Assembly: GCA_030248215.1 (NCBI GenBank)
Contig: JASANG010002509.1
Span: 1-64,000 of the forward strand
Direction of reading: 5' to 3'
Length of the DNA stretch: 64,000 bases
Source: Enoplolaimus lenunculus
Lineage: Eukaryota
The position numbers and the translations under genes are program-made. Shown one piece after another: positions 27,691 to 41,387 of this stretch. Position 1 is the first letter of the stretch. Every line of letters begins with the position of its first letter. The notes beneath the pieces were generated by a model. The model had not been told where the DNA came from, searched no databases, and worked only from the letters and a program-made list of their open reading frames with translations.

Positions 27691-28717
27691 CAATTTGACA
27701 ATTGACTTTCAGTGTAAATGTAGCAAGTCGGAATTGAACTAAGAGACAGGAAATATTACAAAACTTTTATAGCAAAATGTTACGTCGTAGTCTCTGATAG
27801 TCAATTTACAAACTGATTAAAACAATTTTTCAAAGTTCGCAAATTGTGAATTTTGTTAGTGTAAACTATTCCTGATTGAAAATGCAAAAATTAACAATAA
27901 TTTAAACTTGAAAACTGACCAAAATTCTATTTTCAAGCTCAATTCCGATTCCCGTCACCGCGTCGAATCTTACTGGTCAACAACGCATTATTAACCTCAC
28001 TGTAGAAGAAACATATCTGATGCAATAAACCCTGCCGAAGCACTGAAAAATTTGTCTTTTTTCAAAAATTTGCCGAAAACATTTTCCTTAAAGTAAATTT
28101 TTGTAAAACATTCTAGCAGCTAAAGGTTAATTTTAGATGTTCTCTGTGAAAGACTATTTATAGATTCTTAAAAAACGTAGATTGATCAAAACACCGGAAT
28201 ACCACATATACCCGGAACCGATTAAGTGCGGGCATATATATGACAAACCAGCTGAAACCCACATTTCTCATTTAATTAATTTCACTACCTACACACTATA
28301 GACCCGTAGTAGCCAGTTCACCTTGCTTGGGTGTTTAAACATTTTTCACGATGGGCATACAAGGGATTTCGGCGACTAACAAGCTAGGTTGCTAGCTTTT
28401 AGGGACACAAAGTAGTTCCAGAAGAAGCTGAGCCCCGTCTGGACCCTCTGTGATTTTAGGCCCCACAGAGTATTATTTTGGCCAAATTATAAGAAGGATT
28501 AATGCTTCTTTAGTTAAATTTGGCTTAAGCTTTCTATATACTTGTACGCGTTTAACCAATCAAAACATTTAATTTATTGAAGTTCGTGTTCGTTTAACTT
28601 AAACAAACTTGTGTATATAAGTTTGTATCATTCTCGAGAGTCTAACCGACTTGAAGCAAGAACAAGCCAGAGAGGGTTTTGGGATTGCGTTGTAGCAATG
28701 GAGTTAATTGTGAAATT

Positions 28718-28864
28718 GGCTCATGTATAGAACAGGGCCGGATCGTTTTCTGGAGGGTCTGTAATAGAGTCATTTTAAGCTTTAGACTAATTTTTTTGCT
28801 TAGGCTTAGGCTTAGGAATATGCTTATATATACTGCTGTTCCGGCCTTGTTCTATACATGGGCC
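28718..28864 (-). mobile_element. Telomere-repeat MITE, family A
   Basis: TSD gtgaaatt/atgaaatt. Confidence 0.85.
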
Positions 28865-29199
28865 ATGAAATTTATACCCCGCATAGAATAGGGTCGTACC
28901 AGTAGAATCAGTATATTCTTAAACATAACCCTAAGCCTAAGCCTCAGCGTAAGGACAAACCTATTATTCAGCATACACCTACGCCTAAGCAAAAAATTAG
29001 TCTAAGGCTTACTCATACTTACTCTATTGCAGTGCCGCGAAACAAACGATCCACTTCTTAGCCAGTCAAGAGGCGACATTTTTATAGAATGTACCCTTAT
29101 TTTGTAATCCCTTACACCCCTCTGCGTTCGGGTATGTTTCTGATTTATAACTATCGCATGTTACTCTTGGAACGCAATAAATACGTTTGATTGAATTAA

Positions 29200-29462
29200 C
29201 CCCTTCTCACATTGAGTTGCCTGTAGGCAACTCAGCTCAGTGTATATTCGTTAAATAGTATATATCGCACCGTGTTTAACAATTGCAACACGTATACATA
29301 GCACTAAATCACCACAAGACGTGAGAGCGCCCTCGGGCTCGAGCGTAAAGCTCCTATAACTGAGTGGTGATGGTATACGCTTCCCACTCCAGTCACTGGA
29401 GCTCGAATCCTAGCATAAAAGTAGGTCTCAGGGGAAGTAGAAAATATTCATGTGAGAAAGGG
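29200..29462 (+). mobile_element. piggyBac-like MITE
   Basis: TTAA TSD; near-identical to 16723-16987. Confidence 0.9.
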
Positions 29463-29943
29463 TTAACGAACCTTTCAACTACGTTTTCTCTTTTCAAGCA
29501 GTTTTAACCGACGTCATCCAGTATCGGACCGAAAAACATTGAACTGAAGAACGAACCGGAACTCGAAAAAAAGCTAAAAAACTGCTGATTGCTTAAGCAA
29601 ACTGTTGGTCAATAAGTCAACATGTTTACCTGACCGTATTGCGTACGAAATAGGGGGTTAACGATTGACCTGGCCCCTCGTAGTGCGCACCACGGCATAC
29701 AGCCGGTATAAAGTATTAAGTTTCACCGGAAATAGCATCTTCTTTAAATTAGCCGCATTCTGTGCGTGTTGTGCTTTTGCAGTCTTAGCTTAAAAACCGA
29801 TACACAAAGGACGGGCAGTAGTAACATTGACATTACTTTGGCTTGGATTAGCTTATAATTGTGATTTAACAAATTTTGGTCATATTCGAATATCTCTGGT
29901 GCTTATCTGTGCTGAGAACGTAATAATGGGCAAAGTATTTAAT

Positions 29944-30160
29944 GGCCCATGTTAGTTTAAGAGGCATCCAGGTTTCTGGTGGGTCTATAAAACAGTAGGT
30001 TTAGATTCTAGACTACAATATTTTTACTTAGGCTTAGGCTTAGGTTTAGTCTTAGGCTTAGGAACTCATTTTTGCACTGCTTAGCCTTAGGCTTAGGCTT
30101 TAGGCTTAGGCTTACGAATACGCTCAATCTAATGTTACGCTCCTTAAGGTAACATTGGCC
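29944..30160 (-). mobile_element. Telomere-repeat MITE, family B
   Basis: ggcccatgttag … gtaacattggcc. Confidence 0.8.
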
Positions 30161-30504
30161 ATATTATAATTATAACAACGTGCCGTATAAACTGGAGCCA
30201 AAGACTAAACCTAATCATAAATATAAGCCTAATCCGAAGGTTATTTCGAAGCTTGCCAAGTGTTCCGTCTGGCTGTCTTTGGTCTTTGGAAAAACACACC
30301 TTTGGGACCTAACAACGGGTAAACTAATAAGCATATTTGCGTTTTGAAGTCTTTCATGAATTTTAACGATTAAATTAAAAGGTTAATTTGATATCAACTG
30401 TAAAATATATTTCAAACCTGTAGCTCGAACTGTTGCTATTTCTGCTATTCTATCAAAGGATTTGGTCCATATTTACGCTATACATTGCGTTTCTTTTTTA
30501 CTTA

Positions 30505-30800
30505 TGCCCCATTCAAACGTGCAAGTGTTTGCAGCGAGAACTCGCAGCTACAACTTGCACAAATTTTTGCAGCAGCAAGCATTTTCATAGGATCATTCGA
30601 TTGACAAATCAAACTGCAGGTGCAAGAAATTCAAGCAACTTGCAACTGTGTTCACAGGTGCGAATTTAAATTCAATAGCATAAATTCTAGTGAATAATTT
30701 GTAGTTACAAGAACTTCAAAGCTGCTTTGTGACCAAGCTTGCACAAGCGAGTTGCACGTTTATGTTTTTGCTGCAAAAACTTGCACGTGTGAATGCGGCA
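30505..30800. mobile_element. PIF/Harbinger-like MITE
   Basis: TTA TSD both sides. Confidence 0.8.
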
Positions 30801-31456
30801 TTAATTTAGAATCTTTCTCAAAGTTTAAAAACAAATACTCACAAATTAGAAGGTACTCGAAAAAAACGCATAACTTTAAGATTATCTTTGCTCATACAGA
30901 ATAAGACATTAGGGACGTTTTTGGTTTGTATGAGTAAACCGCAAGATATACTACAAAAAACTAACTAATACTTTGTTGCATTTTACCACATTTCGGTCAA
31001 TTTTACTTTCAAGACAACGTTAAGCCTTTACGTTTATGAATACTGCCTTGTGAATAAATAGAATGTCCATAAAAGTAAGTACCTTGGGCTTATTACCGTG
31101 TTTTCATGTATAGGTTTATTAAGCCATATTTGGCGTTCATACGATGTTTGTGGCTTCTTTAATAATTGTTCTAAACCAAATATATATACTTGTATGGCAA
31201 CTTTTTTCAAAAATTTTGACTGGCTTCAGTGAAACGAAAATGAAGTAAGTTGTTTTTTGAACGGGCACCACTGGCATAGCAATTGTTATTTTGAAAAAGG
31301 AACATCAGTCAGTATATTTAGGGTTTTAGCCAAACGGTTGTTATTAAAAAACGCAGATTTTGTCGATCTGGTCATTGTTGCGCCTCTGGTTTAAATGTAA
31401 TGGTATTTTAGTTGGTGCTGGCCATGGATTTAGCTCTTATCAAAGATAAAATCGTA

Positions 31457-31870
31457 CCGTATAATCGGAAAAAGAGGGTTTGGGGTAACAAGAAGGGGTG
31501 TCCCCATTTTGAGATTCAATCAATTGGAGTATGTATCGATACTAAGAGTCCGTACACGGATAGAGTCCCTAAACCTTAATTAGAGTCCATAAATGTCAAT
31601 TATCTCTAATTGTAGCGCATAACTGACTCCAAGACCAAATAATTTGAGTTTAAAACTTTAAAGCGTACTTAAATTTTGAAAGTACATTCCGAAGGATAAC
31701 CTTGCATGATCGCTCAATCTATTGACGCAAGGCAAGCAAACGTTTAATCGAACAGATAGTTGCAGTACCGGATATATATCAATAACGAAGGGTGGCAAAG
31801 CGTGGGTTAAAAATAAATAACAGTCCGTAAACGAATAACAGCAGTCCCCCTGTTGTTCGAGTCACTACAG
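31457..31870. mobile_element. Tc1/pogo-like MITE, inverted copy of 418-857
   Basis: TA-flanked; interior is the reverse complement of ~490-850. Confidence 0.6.
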
Positions 31871-32275
31871 TATATACGCTTAGTTTTAAACAACCAAGTT
31901 TTGTATCCTGCACTTAGCAGTAAACTGATATTAAGCTACCGCTAATGGTTCAAATATTAGGCTTTATCATACAAATTAATATAGTTTCTTCCGATCAAAC
32001 ACACATTGAAAAACACTAAAACGCAACAGGTTTTGTGCATCCAAATGTGCTAACATGTTGTTGGATTGTTGAACTATGTATAGTTAAAAATAATTGCACG
32101 ATACAGGTGATTATTGAAGCATTAGCTTTTAGTTTCGACTCTAATAATGGGAGACGCGAGAAGGGGGCTGAGGGAAGAGCAGGCCAAATTAATTCCAACG
32201 ACTTTGTCCTTAATAGATCGGGAACCAAAGACGGGCTTGAGTTGATTTCGAACTTACATCAGAAAAGACACTTAA

Positions 32276-32539
32276 CCCCTTCTCACATTGAGTTGCCTTT
32301 AGGCAACTCCAGCGCAGTGTATATACGTTAAATAGTATATATCGGGCCGTGTTTAACAATTGCAACACGTATACATAGTACTAAATCACCACAAGACGTG
32401 AGCGCCCCCTCGGGCTCGATCGTCAAGCTCCTATAGCTGAGTGGTGATGATATACGCCTCCCAATCCAGTCACTGGAGTTCGAATCCTAGCATAAAAGTA
32501 GGTCTCAGGGGAAATAGAAAATATTCATGTGAGAAAGGG
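32276..32539 (+). mobile_element. piggyBac-like MITE
   Basis: TTAA TSD; same family. Confidence 0.9.
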
Positions 32540-32842
32540 TTAAACTTGTAGGTCTGCATTTAGGACATATAGTTTTTTCTAGTCCCCAAAGAAGTCACAT
32601 ATTTTATTACGCCGTTACCACTGAATTAGCGTCAGCTTGGGTTCGTCTCATTCATCATTTGGTCAAATTAATATCTCAGTTGAAAACGTTCAACTCAAGT
32701 CAAAGCCTGCATAGTTTATGTCAAATCTGAACCTAAGTTGAGTTGGAATCTTATTTAAATTGTGATATCTTTGTGATTCAACCAATGTCATGTTCGATAT
32801 TGAGAAAATAATTTGAACACCAAATCATTTTACGAAAATTTA

Positions 32843-33051
32843 AGCCCATGATACTTTGAGGGCCACCCCGGTTTCTTGTGGGTCTGTATAAGAGTAGGTT
32901 TACATTCTTGGCTACATTTTTTTGCTTAGGCTTATCCTTAGGCTTAGACTCAGGCTTAGGTTAAAGAATACGCTTTTGCAACTTTTACGCTTAGGCTTAG
33001 GCTTAGGAATACGCTTAATCTACTGTTACGGCCCTAAAAGTAATATTGGCC
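32843..33051 (-). mobile_element. Telomere-repeat MITE, family B
   Basis: TIRs; partial TSD aaaattta/aaaattac. Confidence 0.8.
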
Positions 33052-33790
33052 AAAATTACAATCATAAAAGGCATTAAATGCGCGCCTCTCTTCCATTTAA
33101 CGCTACTTATGCCTCAGGCAGCTACGTTGTGCAAAGACAATGTTTTAATTGTCTAAAAAAAGGGGTGTTCACCTGGAAACAACGAGAAAATCAAATTTAA
33201 ATTTTTTTGCATTGTGTTGCAACTATAAAAAGATGATTATGCGCAAAAGGTCTCGTTTCACATGTCGTAGGGAACGTCAGATACCTTAGCTGGAACCGGG
33301 CCCGTAGCCAAGGGGGGCCAGGGAGGGTTAGACACCCAAAAAACGGTTTCGCCCAAGTAGAAGATTTTCAACCTTTCTTGTAAGTCATTGAAAACCCTTG
33401 AATGTCCCTTCTGAATAATTTTAGCCACCACTAGCAAGGTGAGCGGGCTACGTGCCTGGCTGTGACATGATGTAAATCATTTTCAAACGCGAGTAATGCC
33501 GCAACAAGAATACGGCTAAAATTGGGTTCGCTTGTAGTGCGTTTTAAGCCTAATCCCTTTGCCTAACGCTATCCACATTTCTTTGTTGTTATGCCAGATT
33601 AAACGATGAGACAGTCAATATGAATGTTTCGCCGCAGTACTTGAAAATAGCTCCGGTTCATATAATAAAGCTTACCTTGCTTTATCGCAATAATAAGTAT
33701 CATTCATTTCACCTTAATTGCAACATGTAATAAATTTTGCATGCAAGATTAAATTGGCTGACCTTAGCGGTTCACAGCTATTGACTTCAC

Positions 33791-34015
33791 AGCCCATGTT
33801 ACTGTTCGGACCGTCCCGGTTTCTGGGAAGCCTGTAATAGAGTAGGCTAATATTCTAGACTACATTTTTGCTTAGGCTAGGCTTAGGCTTAGGCTTAGGA
33901 ATGCACTTTTTTCAATGCTTAGGCTTAGGCTTAGGAATGTACCTTTTTCAATGCTTAGGTTTATGCTTAGGAATACGCTTAATCTACTGTTACAGCCTTT
34001 AAAGTAACATTGGCC
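33791..34015 (-). mobile_element. Telomere-repeat MITE, family B
   Basis: TIRs; partial TSD gacttcac/aatttcac. Confidence 0.8.
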
Positions 34016-34159
34016 AATTTCACTTTGCATTTTTGTATAATTAAATTTCTTTATACAACAAAATTCACAATCATGAAATGATTATTTGATTAAGATTAAC
34101 CACCTCGAAGGATTTCTTGTAATAAAACTATTCAGGCATTGAATATTTATGGCGTATAA

Positions 34160-34436
34160 AGCCCTAATCACACGTGCAAGTTTTTTCAGCGAGAACTTGC
34201 AGCGGTAACTTATACTTGCAAGTTTTGTCCAAAATCCCGTTCGTAAAACTTGCAACTGCAAATAATTCAATAAAAATCACACAGCTAGAATTTAAGTTCA
34301 CATGTGTGAATAACCGTCCAAGATCACTTAACTTATTACAGCCGCTTTTTCATTGGCTGATGAAAAAATGCAAATGTTGCGTGCAATTTGCAGCTGCAAG
34401 TTCTCGCAGCAAAAACTTGCACATGTGAATAGGGCT
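34160..34436. mobile_element. PIF/Harbinger-like MITE
   Basis: TAA TSD both sides; inverted relative to 15701 copy. Confidence 0.8.
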
Positions 34437-35094
34437 TAAAAATTTCGTACTTAAATGAACTTTAAAAACAATTTTGAACATTTTGAACTTTTTCTAGCTT
34501 TGTATAAACATGAATTTGACTAAAACGTCTTGGTAGGAGTCCGTTTTGCGATACGATTTAATACATTTGAGAACAGTGTTTATGATTCGCTGTATACCCC
34601 AACTCCGACTTGTTCAGAATTCATATTTAATTGAGTCGAGTTTAACCACCATCGTCAGCTGTCGTATGCGGCAACTTCTAAACACAGGCCGTGCGTTATA
34701 TAACAGTGAAACAAGAGCTCACAAGCGATAAGTCAGCCGCGATTTTAGTGTTAAATTTTAGTACAAAATTTAGGTCTGATTCCTGCTGGGGTTATGGCAT
34801 TGGTGGCGTCGCAAGGACACACTGTGATGCGATCTGCTTATATGTCAAACGATAAATATTAATTGTTTACATTTTTTAATACTGGAATACAGTAATCAAT
34901 CAAGCTAGTGAGACTGCTAAAAACTGTTTAAATCGCACTTCTTCGTAAATATATCCGATTGTAAATTAGTTAGTTTTTAGTAGTACCGGTGTTTTTTGAA
35001 TAGAACTATTCAAGATTAATTGATACCCACCAGCTTAAATAGCGATTTGAAGAACAAAATAACATTTAATTTGACAATCTTCACAGTATATATA

Positions 35095-35307
35095 CACTGC
35101 AAAAAATGGTGAGTCAAATTGAGTCTCTCCCAAATACGCTCTACAGGGTTGTACACAAACTGAGTCAATTAGCGACTCTGTCAGAGGCAAACGTGTGACT
35201 CAGCGAGCGTGAGTTGACTCGGGGAGAGTTGCATTTAAATCCAGTTTGTGTAGGCCAGTAGAGCCTATTTCGGAGAGACTCAATTTGACTCACTATTTTT
35301 TGCAGTG
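35095..35307. mobile_element. Palindromic CACTG MITE
   Basis: TSD TA. Confidence 0.85.
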
Positions 35308-35528
35308 TACAGTGACTGTTTATATCTAGCATTCATTGCACGCAGCAATAGACCTTGAAGACTTCATATAAGAGCATGTCCCTTGGTACGTTTTCTGCTA
35401 AAACGCCTTACAAAGCGGTTGAGTGATACTGGGCTAATGGGGCACTCGAGGTGGGAGATGGAGCGCGTTTATCTGTCGCATGGAACAGGAAAACCCGTAT
35501 AGAAGGAAAATCAAAAGATTAATTTCTC

Positions 35529-36028
35529 GGTCCATGTATAGAACAGCGTCGGAGCAGTGGTATAAACATATTCCTAAGCCTAAACCTAAGCCTAAGCCTG
35601 AGCGTAAGAATAAGCCTATTCCTAAGTCTGAGCATAAGCAAAAAAGTTAGCCTAAAGCTTAAACTGACTCTATTACAGCCTCGTCGGAAAACGATCCGGC
35701 TCTGTTCAAATACTTGGGCCCCTAAGCCTAAGCCTAAGCGTAAGGGTGAGACTATTCCTAAGCCTAAGCCTAAGCCTAAGCCTAAGCCTAAGCGTAAGGG
35801 TGAGACTATTCCTAAGCCTAAGCCTAAGCCTAAGCCTAAGCCTAAGCGTAAGGGTGAGACTATTCCTAAGCCTAAGCCTAAGCCTAAGCCTAAGCCTAAG
35901 CGTAAGGGTGAGACTATTCCTAAGCCTAAGCCTAAGCCTGAGCCTAAGCAAAAACGTTAGTCTAATCATTAACTGACTCTAATACAGCCCCGCCGGAAAT
36001 CGATCCGACTCTGTGCTATACATGGGCC
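35529..36028 (+). mobile_element. Composite telomere-repeat MITE with duplicated right half
   Basis: Right TIR at both 35720 and 36028; outer TSD aatttctc/aatttcgc; three identical 54-nt units. Confidence 0.85.
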
Positions 36029-36820
36029 AATTTCGCTCGGTTTCGGAATTAGTAATATTTGGCAGCGACGTCGCAGATAACCTGGCATAGGTTGTAATTT
36101 ATGTATACCTTAATATATTCATTTTCGTCGGACACCTACGGTACTACGAATGTATGAATTGAGTCGATTTGTCATGCTTAAAAGTTACACTGGTTCAAGT
36201 TGCGATCGTTGATTGTTATGTATGGCCTTCAGGCCGCGGTTAGCACGAGAGTAGGCCCAGCTAAGGAAGGCGGGGGCCGTTGCCCTTTAGTAGGCCTCTC
36301 ACCTCGTAAGGAATGTTTAGACATTGTTGCGAAAATCAACCCGAGGGTGGTGATTTTAAATTTTCAAATACATTTAATAGTGTAACAATGAACGTAATTT
36401 TTTCGGCGATTTGCCCGTTGTATATTGTGGCCCAGCGGGGTTTCCGTAGACGCAGAAGGCTTTGTCAGTTCCGGTCTTAATAGCAACCTCAAACACGTCA
36501 ATAGGAGCCAAACTTCTGAGAGACCTAAAATTGAACGTTAGCCAGGGTGATTTAATACAAAAATACGTTTGGTATCTTATTCGCTACGCTCATCAGGTTT
36601 CAATGATTTAGGAACTGGGCATTTAGAAGGCCCCCAAAAATTGAAAGCTGAGTCTTGAGATGTAAGTCAAAAAAGGCGTTTGGTTTTTTTCATTTCTATT
36701 GTAACAGCTGTCTTAACTGTTGCGTTCGCGGCTACCAAGAGTACAAAAGTTTTAACTAAACTACGTATGTGTTTTTATTTAATTTGATAACCATTTGTTC
36801 CAAAAAAACAAACAAAAACA

Positions 36821-37057
36821 GCGCATGTAAAGATCAGGGGCGGAACGTTTATCTGTGGGACTAGAATAGAGTACGCTTAAGCTTTAGACTAGTTTTTTTG
36901 CTTGGTTTAGGCTTAGGCTTAAGCTTAGGAATATGCTCATTATTACGCTTAGGCTTAGGCTTAGGAATAAGCTCATTCTTACGTTTAGGCTTAAGCTCTG
37001 GTTTAGGCTTAGCAATATGCTTGTAATACTGTTTCGCCCCGGTTCTTTACATTGGCC
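36821..37057 (-). mobile_element. Telomere-repeat MITE, family A
   Basis: catgtaaagatcaggggcggaac … gttctttacattggcc. Confidence 0.8.
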
Positions 37058-37590
37058 CACGCCTCGTTCAACTTGAACTATTGGGTTGCAACCAAACAAA
37101 ATAATTTACCAAACTGAAAATATTCGAATATAATAATATTCGCGCAGAAAACAAACTTGATGTTGCTTAAATCTAGTTAGCACCTAAACTCAACCAAGTA
37201 TAACAGTCAATTGTCCCTTTAGGCCTAATTTAGTTAGCTATGTTATTTTAAATTCCAACTCGGAATCTCTCAAATCAGGTTTGTGCTTTCGCCATAAATA
37301 TTTTCGTGCAAATGTTTACTAACTTGAAAAGATTTCAATATTTTATTGTTTACACTTTTCTCATGAATATTTTTATTTTATCTTAAATCTCATTTTAAGC
37401 TAAAATCCAAATTACTTCGGCCAGAAGGCGTTTACCATCACCACTTAGTAGTAGCAGTTTGACGCTCGAGGCGAATGAGCTCGAGTCTTAGGGGAGAGTC
37501 AGTATCATTTTTATTATCGTCCTAATTTGCATAGTTACTGTTCACGGTGTATAATATAAGATTAGACAGTTTTCAAGTTATAGTATACTC

Positions 37591-37787
37591 GGCCTATGTA
37601 TAGGACAGGGCCGGATCGTTTTCCGGTGGGGATGTACGAGAGTCAGTTTAAGCTATAGACTGAATTTTTTGCTTAGGCTTAGGCTTAGGCTTATGCTTAG
37701 GAATAGGCTCATCCTTACGCTTAGGCTTAGGCTTAGGCTTAGGATTATTCTTATACTACTCCTCCGGCCCTGTTCTATACATGAGCC
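37591..37787 (-). mobile_element. Telomere-repeat MITE, family A, nested in a decayed piggyBac-like MITE
   Basis: Perfect TSD gtatactc/gtatactc. Confidence 0.9.
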
Positions 37788-40090
37788 GTATACTCTATGC
37801 GTGAAAGGTTTAAGAATCTATAAAGTCGAAATTCGTTATAAAAAACTAATAAGGAAAGATTTTTGAGATTGAACTGAAATTCACAGGAAGACAACAGCGA
37901 AACTTTTATGTTAATACGTAAGTGCTTTTATTTACAACGTTTACTCAGAAATGAAACAGTTTTGGCTAACTTTTAACAATTTAGGTTTGATAATAACATA
38001 TATGGATATTTAGGTATAATTTGAAAACTTGTTGCAACTGCTGGCAAAACGATTCTGCTGACGCATTTTTGTAAGCGTTCAATTTAGTGAAAATATTGTA
38101 TACAAAATTATTAGCCAGAACGCAAACTGTGTAGGTATTCAACGAGATCTTGCAGTATTGATTGCGCGACTCGTACGATATAGGATTAGTGAAAAAACTC
38201 GCGAGCGAAGCAAACGATACGGCAAAGGGTCGTAAGCCTGAAAAGAGCCGTATGGCTTAACCCTTTTCGAAAATGTTGGCCCCTAGAAGAGTTTAAGCTT
38301 CGTTTGTAGGCTTGTTATTTCAACAGCTGGCCAAACCTAAACTTGTCTGGTTTCTATAGTAGGTTCAGCGCGCTACGGTGGGTAAGCCAAACGCAATTTC
38401 AGTCCTAAATCTTAACACAAAGTTTTGGGTTTGAGTCCTGTTAAAGATCATAGCCCAAGAGGTCTCCGTTGGTTCCGCACGTGCGAACCGGTACGATTCC
38501 TATACATCGACGGTACACTGGACCGTTTAACATCTACCTTTAAGGGCACGTTTTTGGTTAAAGGTGCGCATCAGCGTCGGTTCTTTTTGGTTTGATGTTA
38601 TTACTGGCATACTGGTTCAATATATATAGTTGTGAATAGACATAAGACAAAAAAATGATTTCTACAGGCTGATATTTGGTTTATTGGGTTTTTTTTGACA
38701 CGGGCATATTTTTTTAGGTTCGTCAGTTATATAAAACTGGTTTGGTTTATCGACTATAAATGATGAGAGGTATCAAATAGAAGCTGGCATATGTCGCATT
38801 TTTGCAATTACAACGGTAACTTTGCGTATAAGCTATAAAATTGTTCTTGGTATTCTGTAAAATTCCCTATGATTGCTTAACGCGCTTAGTAAAAAAATAT
38901 CGTTTTGTTTACATTTAATAGATTTATATACTAGTCTGCCAGCTTTGCGCAATGCGTAAAAGTTATCGAAAGCACAAAAATTGGCTTGTAAATTTTTGTT
39001 TTCGTAGAACAATCACTTGTATTTCTTAAGAAATTATTGTAAACAAAGTATTAATTCTGGAAAGTTTTGCCCAAAATACGTATGTTGTAGGAATATTCTT
39101 AAAAGTCAAAGTCTACGCCTAAATGTACGCATAAGCCTATATCTAAACCTAAGCCTAAGCAAAAAATAAGTCTAAAGCTTAAGCTTACTCTATTTCAGTC
39201 TCGCAGAAAAACAATCCGCCCCTGATCGTTACATGAACCGAACTCGATATAAAGAGATGACGTTGATTGAACCCATTTGGCTATTAAGGCTACAGCCTTT
39301 GTCTGGCACTGGAAATTTCTGTATTCGTTTCACAAATGTATCAAGTTGAAGTAATTTGGGCAATTTAAGCAAGGTCACTAACTATTAAACGCTAAATTTC
39401 TACGTGATTTTGTCATGAAAACAACAATACTGATACTGGATAACAAGTAAGAACGATGATCTTGAAGAAAAGTTCCGTATTTTTGTACCCGTCTATTTAT
39501 GTTTGATACAAGTCGACTGCGGGAACTGTTTGTTTTGCTCAGTACCGGATACAGAGGGAACAGAGATTCCTGTCGGTCCGGTCGTGGTTCAATTTCTACG
39601 TTATAAATAGTTCATTGGAAGGTCACTGTGTAAAACAAATAGGCTAAAATATGGCGAGTGTATTAACACGGTTTCAAGATTTTTAAGCCTACACTTAATT
39701 CTATGCCTAAAGCGTAAGCCTAAACATAAGCCTATAACCAAACCTAACTCTTCATTTTTCATAAGCCTAAATTAAGCCTAAAGCCCTTAACCTAAGCATG
39801 TGCCTAACAGTTAGCTTAAATACAAGCCAAGCTTACCTTTTTCAAAATCCACCAATATCCCGGTCTCTCATTGGACGGGGGTCTTTAGCTTGGGCCGGAT
39901 CCTATGGTAAATTTAAAATACTTCTCGGTTGCCATGATTTAAGGTTTCTTAAAAAACGATACCTAATTTGAAAAACAAAATTAACCAGAAGCCTGATGTC
40001 AGATTTTGAACCAACTCTGATGTTCAATGTTTGATATATTTAATTATTTTTTACCGCAAACAATCAATTGCTAGTTGGTACCATGAAAAC

Positions 40091-40395
40091 GGCCTATGTA
40101 TAGAACAGGGTCGGAACAGTAGTATACGCATATTCCTAAGCCTAAAGCCTATGCCTAAGCCTAAGCCTAAGCTTAAGCTTAAGCGTATGGATGAGCCAAT
40201 TCCTAAGCCTAAGCATAAGCCTAAGCGTATGGATGTGCCACTTCCTAAGCCTAAGCTTAAGCCTAAGCGTATGGATGAGCCTATTCTTAAGCCTAAACCT
40301 AAGCCTAAGCCTTAGCAAAAAATTAGTCTAAAGCTTAAACTGACTCCATTATAGCCCCTCCAAAAAATGATTCGGCCCTGTTCAATACATGGGCC
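40091..40395 (+). mobile_element. Telomere-repeat MITE, family A
   Basis: TSD atgaaaac/atcaaaac. Confidence 0.85.
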
Positions 40396-41253
40396 ATCAA
40401 AACTATCGTAAGGTTAACCTTAAACCAGCTGTACCGCGATATATTGATTGATGTCGTCTATTTTGTGTCTATTCCAGCAAGGACTAAGACATAAATGACG
40501 TTTTTGCCAATTCTGTGCAATGGGTCAATTTAAGCCAACAGAACTGTCCAGATTATAATAATCAAATTGACTACGTTTAGTAGGGTTAGGCTTAGGCTTA
40601 AAAATGTTATAAACAGTAATGCGATGATGCAAAATCGTTTATCAAATTAACTTTAGCGTGGCGAATTTGAATAATCCTCGTGCTCTATTTGTGATATCGT
40701 GTGGCGTTCGCTGATACCAAGTAACTTTTGATGGGAAACACGGCGAATTTGGTTTATGCAAACGGCGTAAACGCCCTTATATCGTTCTGAAGCAGATTTC
40801 TGGCAAGAGTCGCAGTACAGCAATTACAGCAGCCTTAGAGCCACGAGTTGACATTACCACCAGACATAAGCATGGTTCAAGCGAGAGTAACGAAGGAAGA
40901 AAATTTTGTTATGAAGGTTTTACTCTGGTGTCTGTAACGGGGGCGGTACTCGAGTATTCAGAAATTTCAGGGGCACATATTCCCTATATTCCGCTTATAG
41001 GCCCTTGGACATGACATTACACCTACGTTTGTTATGTGGGTCGCTATTTTAACTCGGCCTCATTACTAATTTTAAAATGTCAATGTTTTCCGTACCTGCT
41101 GTCAAATGCAGAAAGTTTATGTCGACAGGATTGCATCTTGGAATTGTTTGCGTAGAATGGGAACGAAGACGTTTAGACGGGCAAGAAAAAAATTCTTGCA
41201 AAGAATTTTTCGATTAATATTTTTTTGACCAGCGTTGGGCGATGGTGTTCGCA

Positions 41254-41387
41254 CACTGCAAAAAATGGTGAATCAAGTTGCAGACTCTCTTTTAACTCTG
41301 GTGGAGTCGGATTTTTACTCAGTTTGTTTTTAGTCAGGAAAAGCCTATTTCGGAGAGAGTCAGTTTCACTCACCGTTTTTTGCAGTG
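41254..41387. mobile_element. CACTG MITE, internally deleted
   Basis: TSD CA. Confidence 0.8.
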
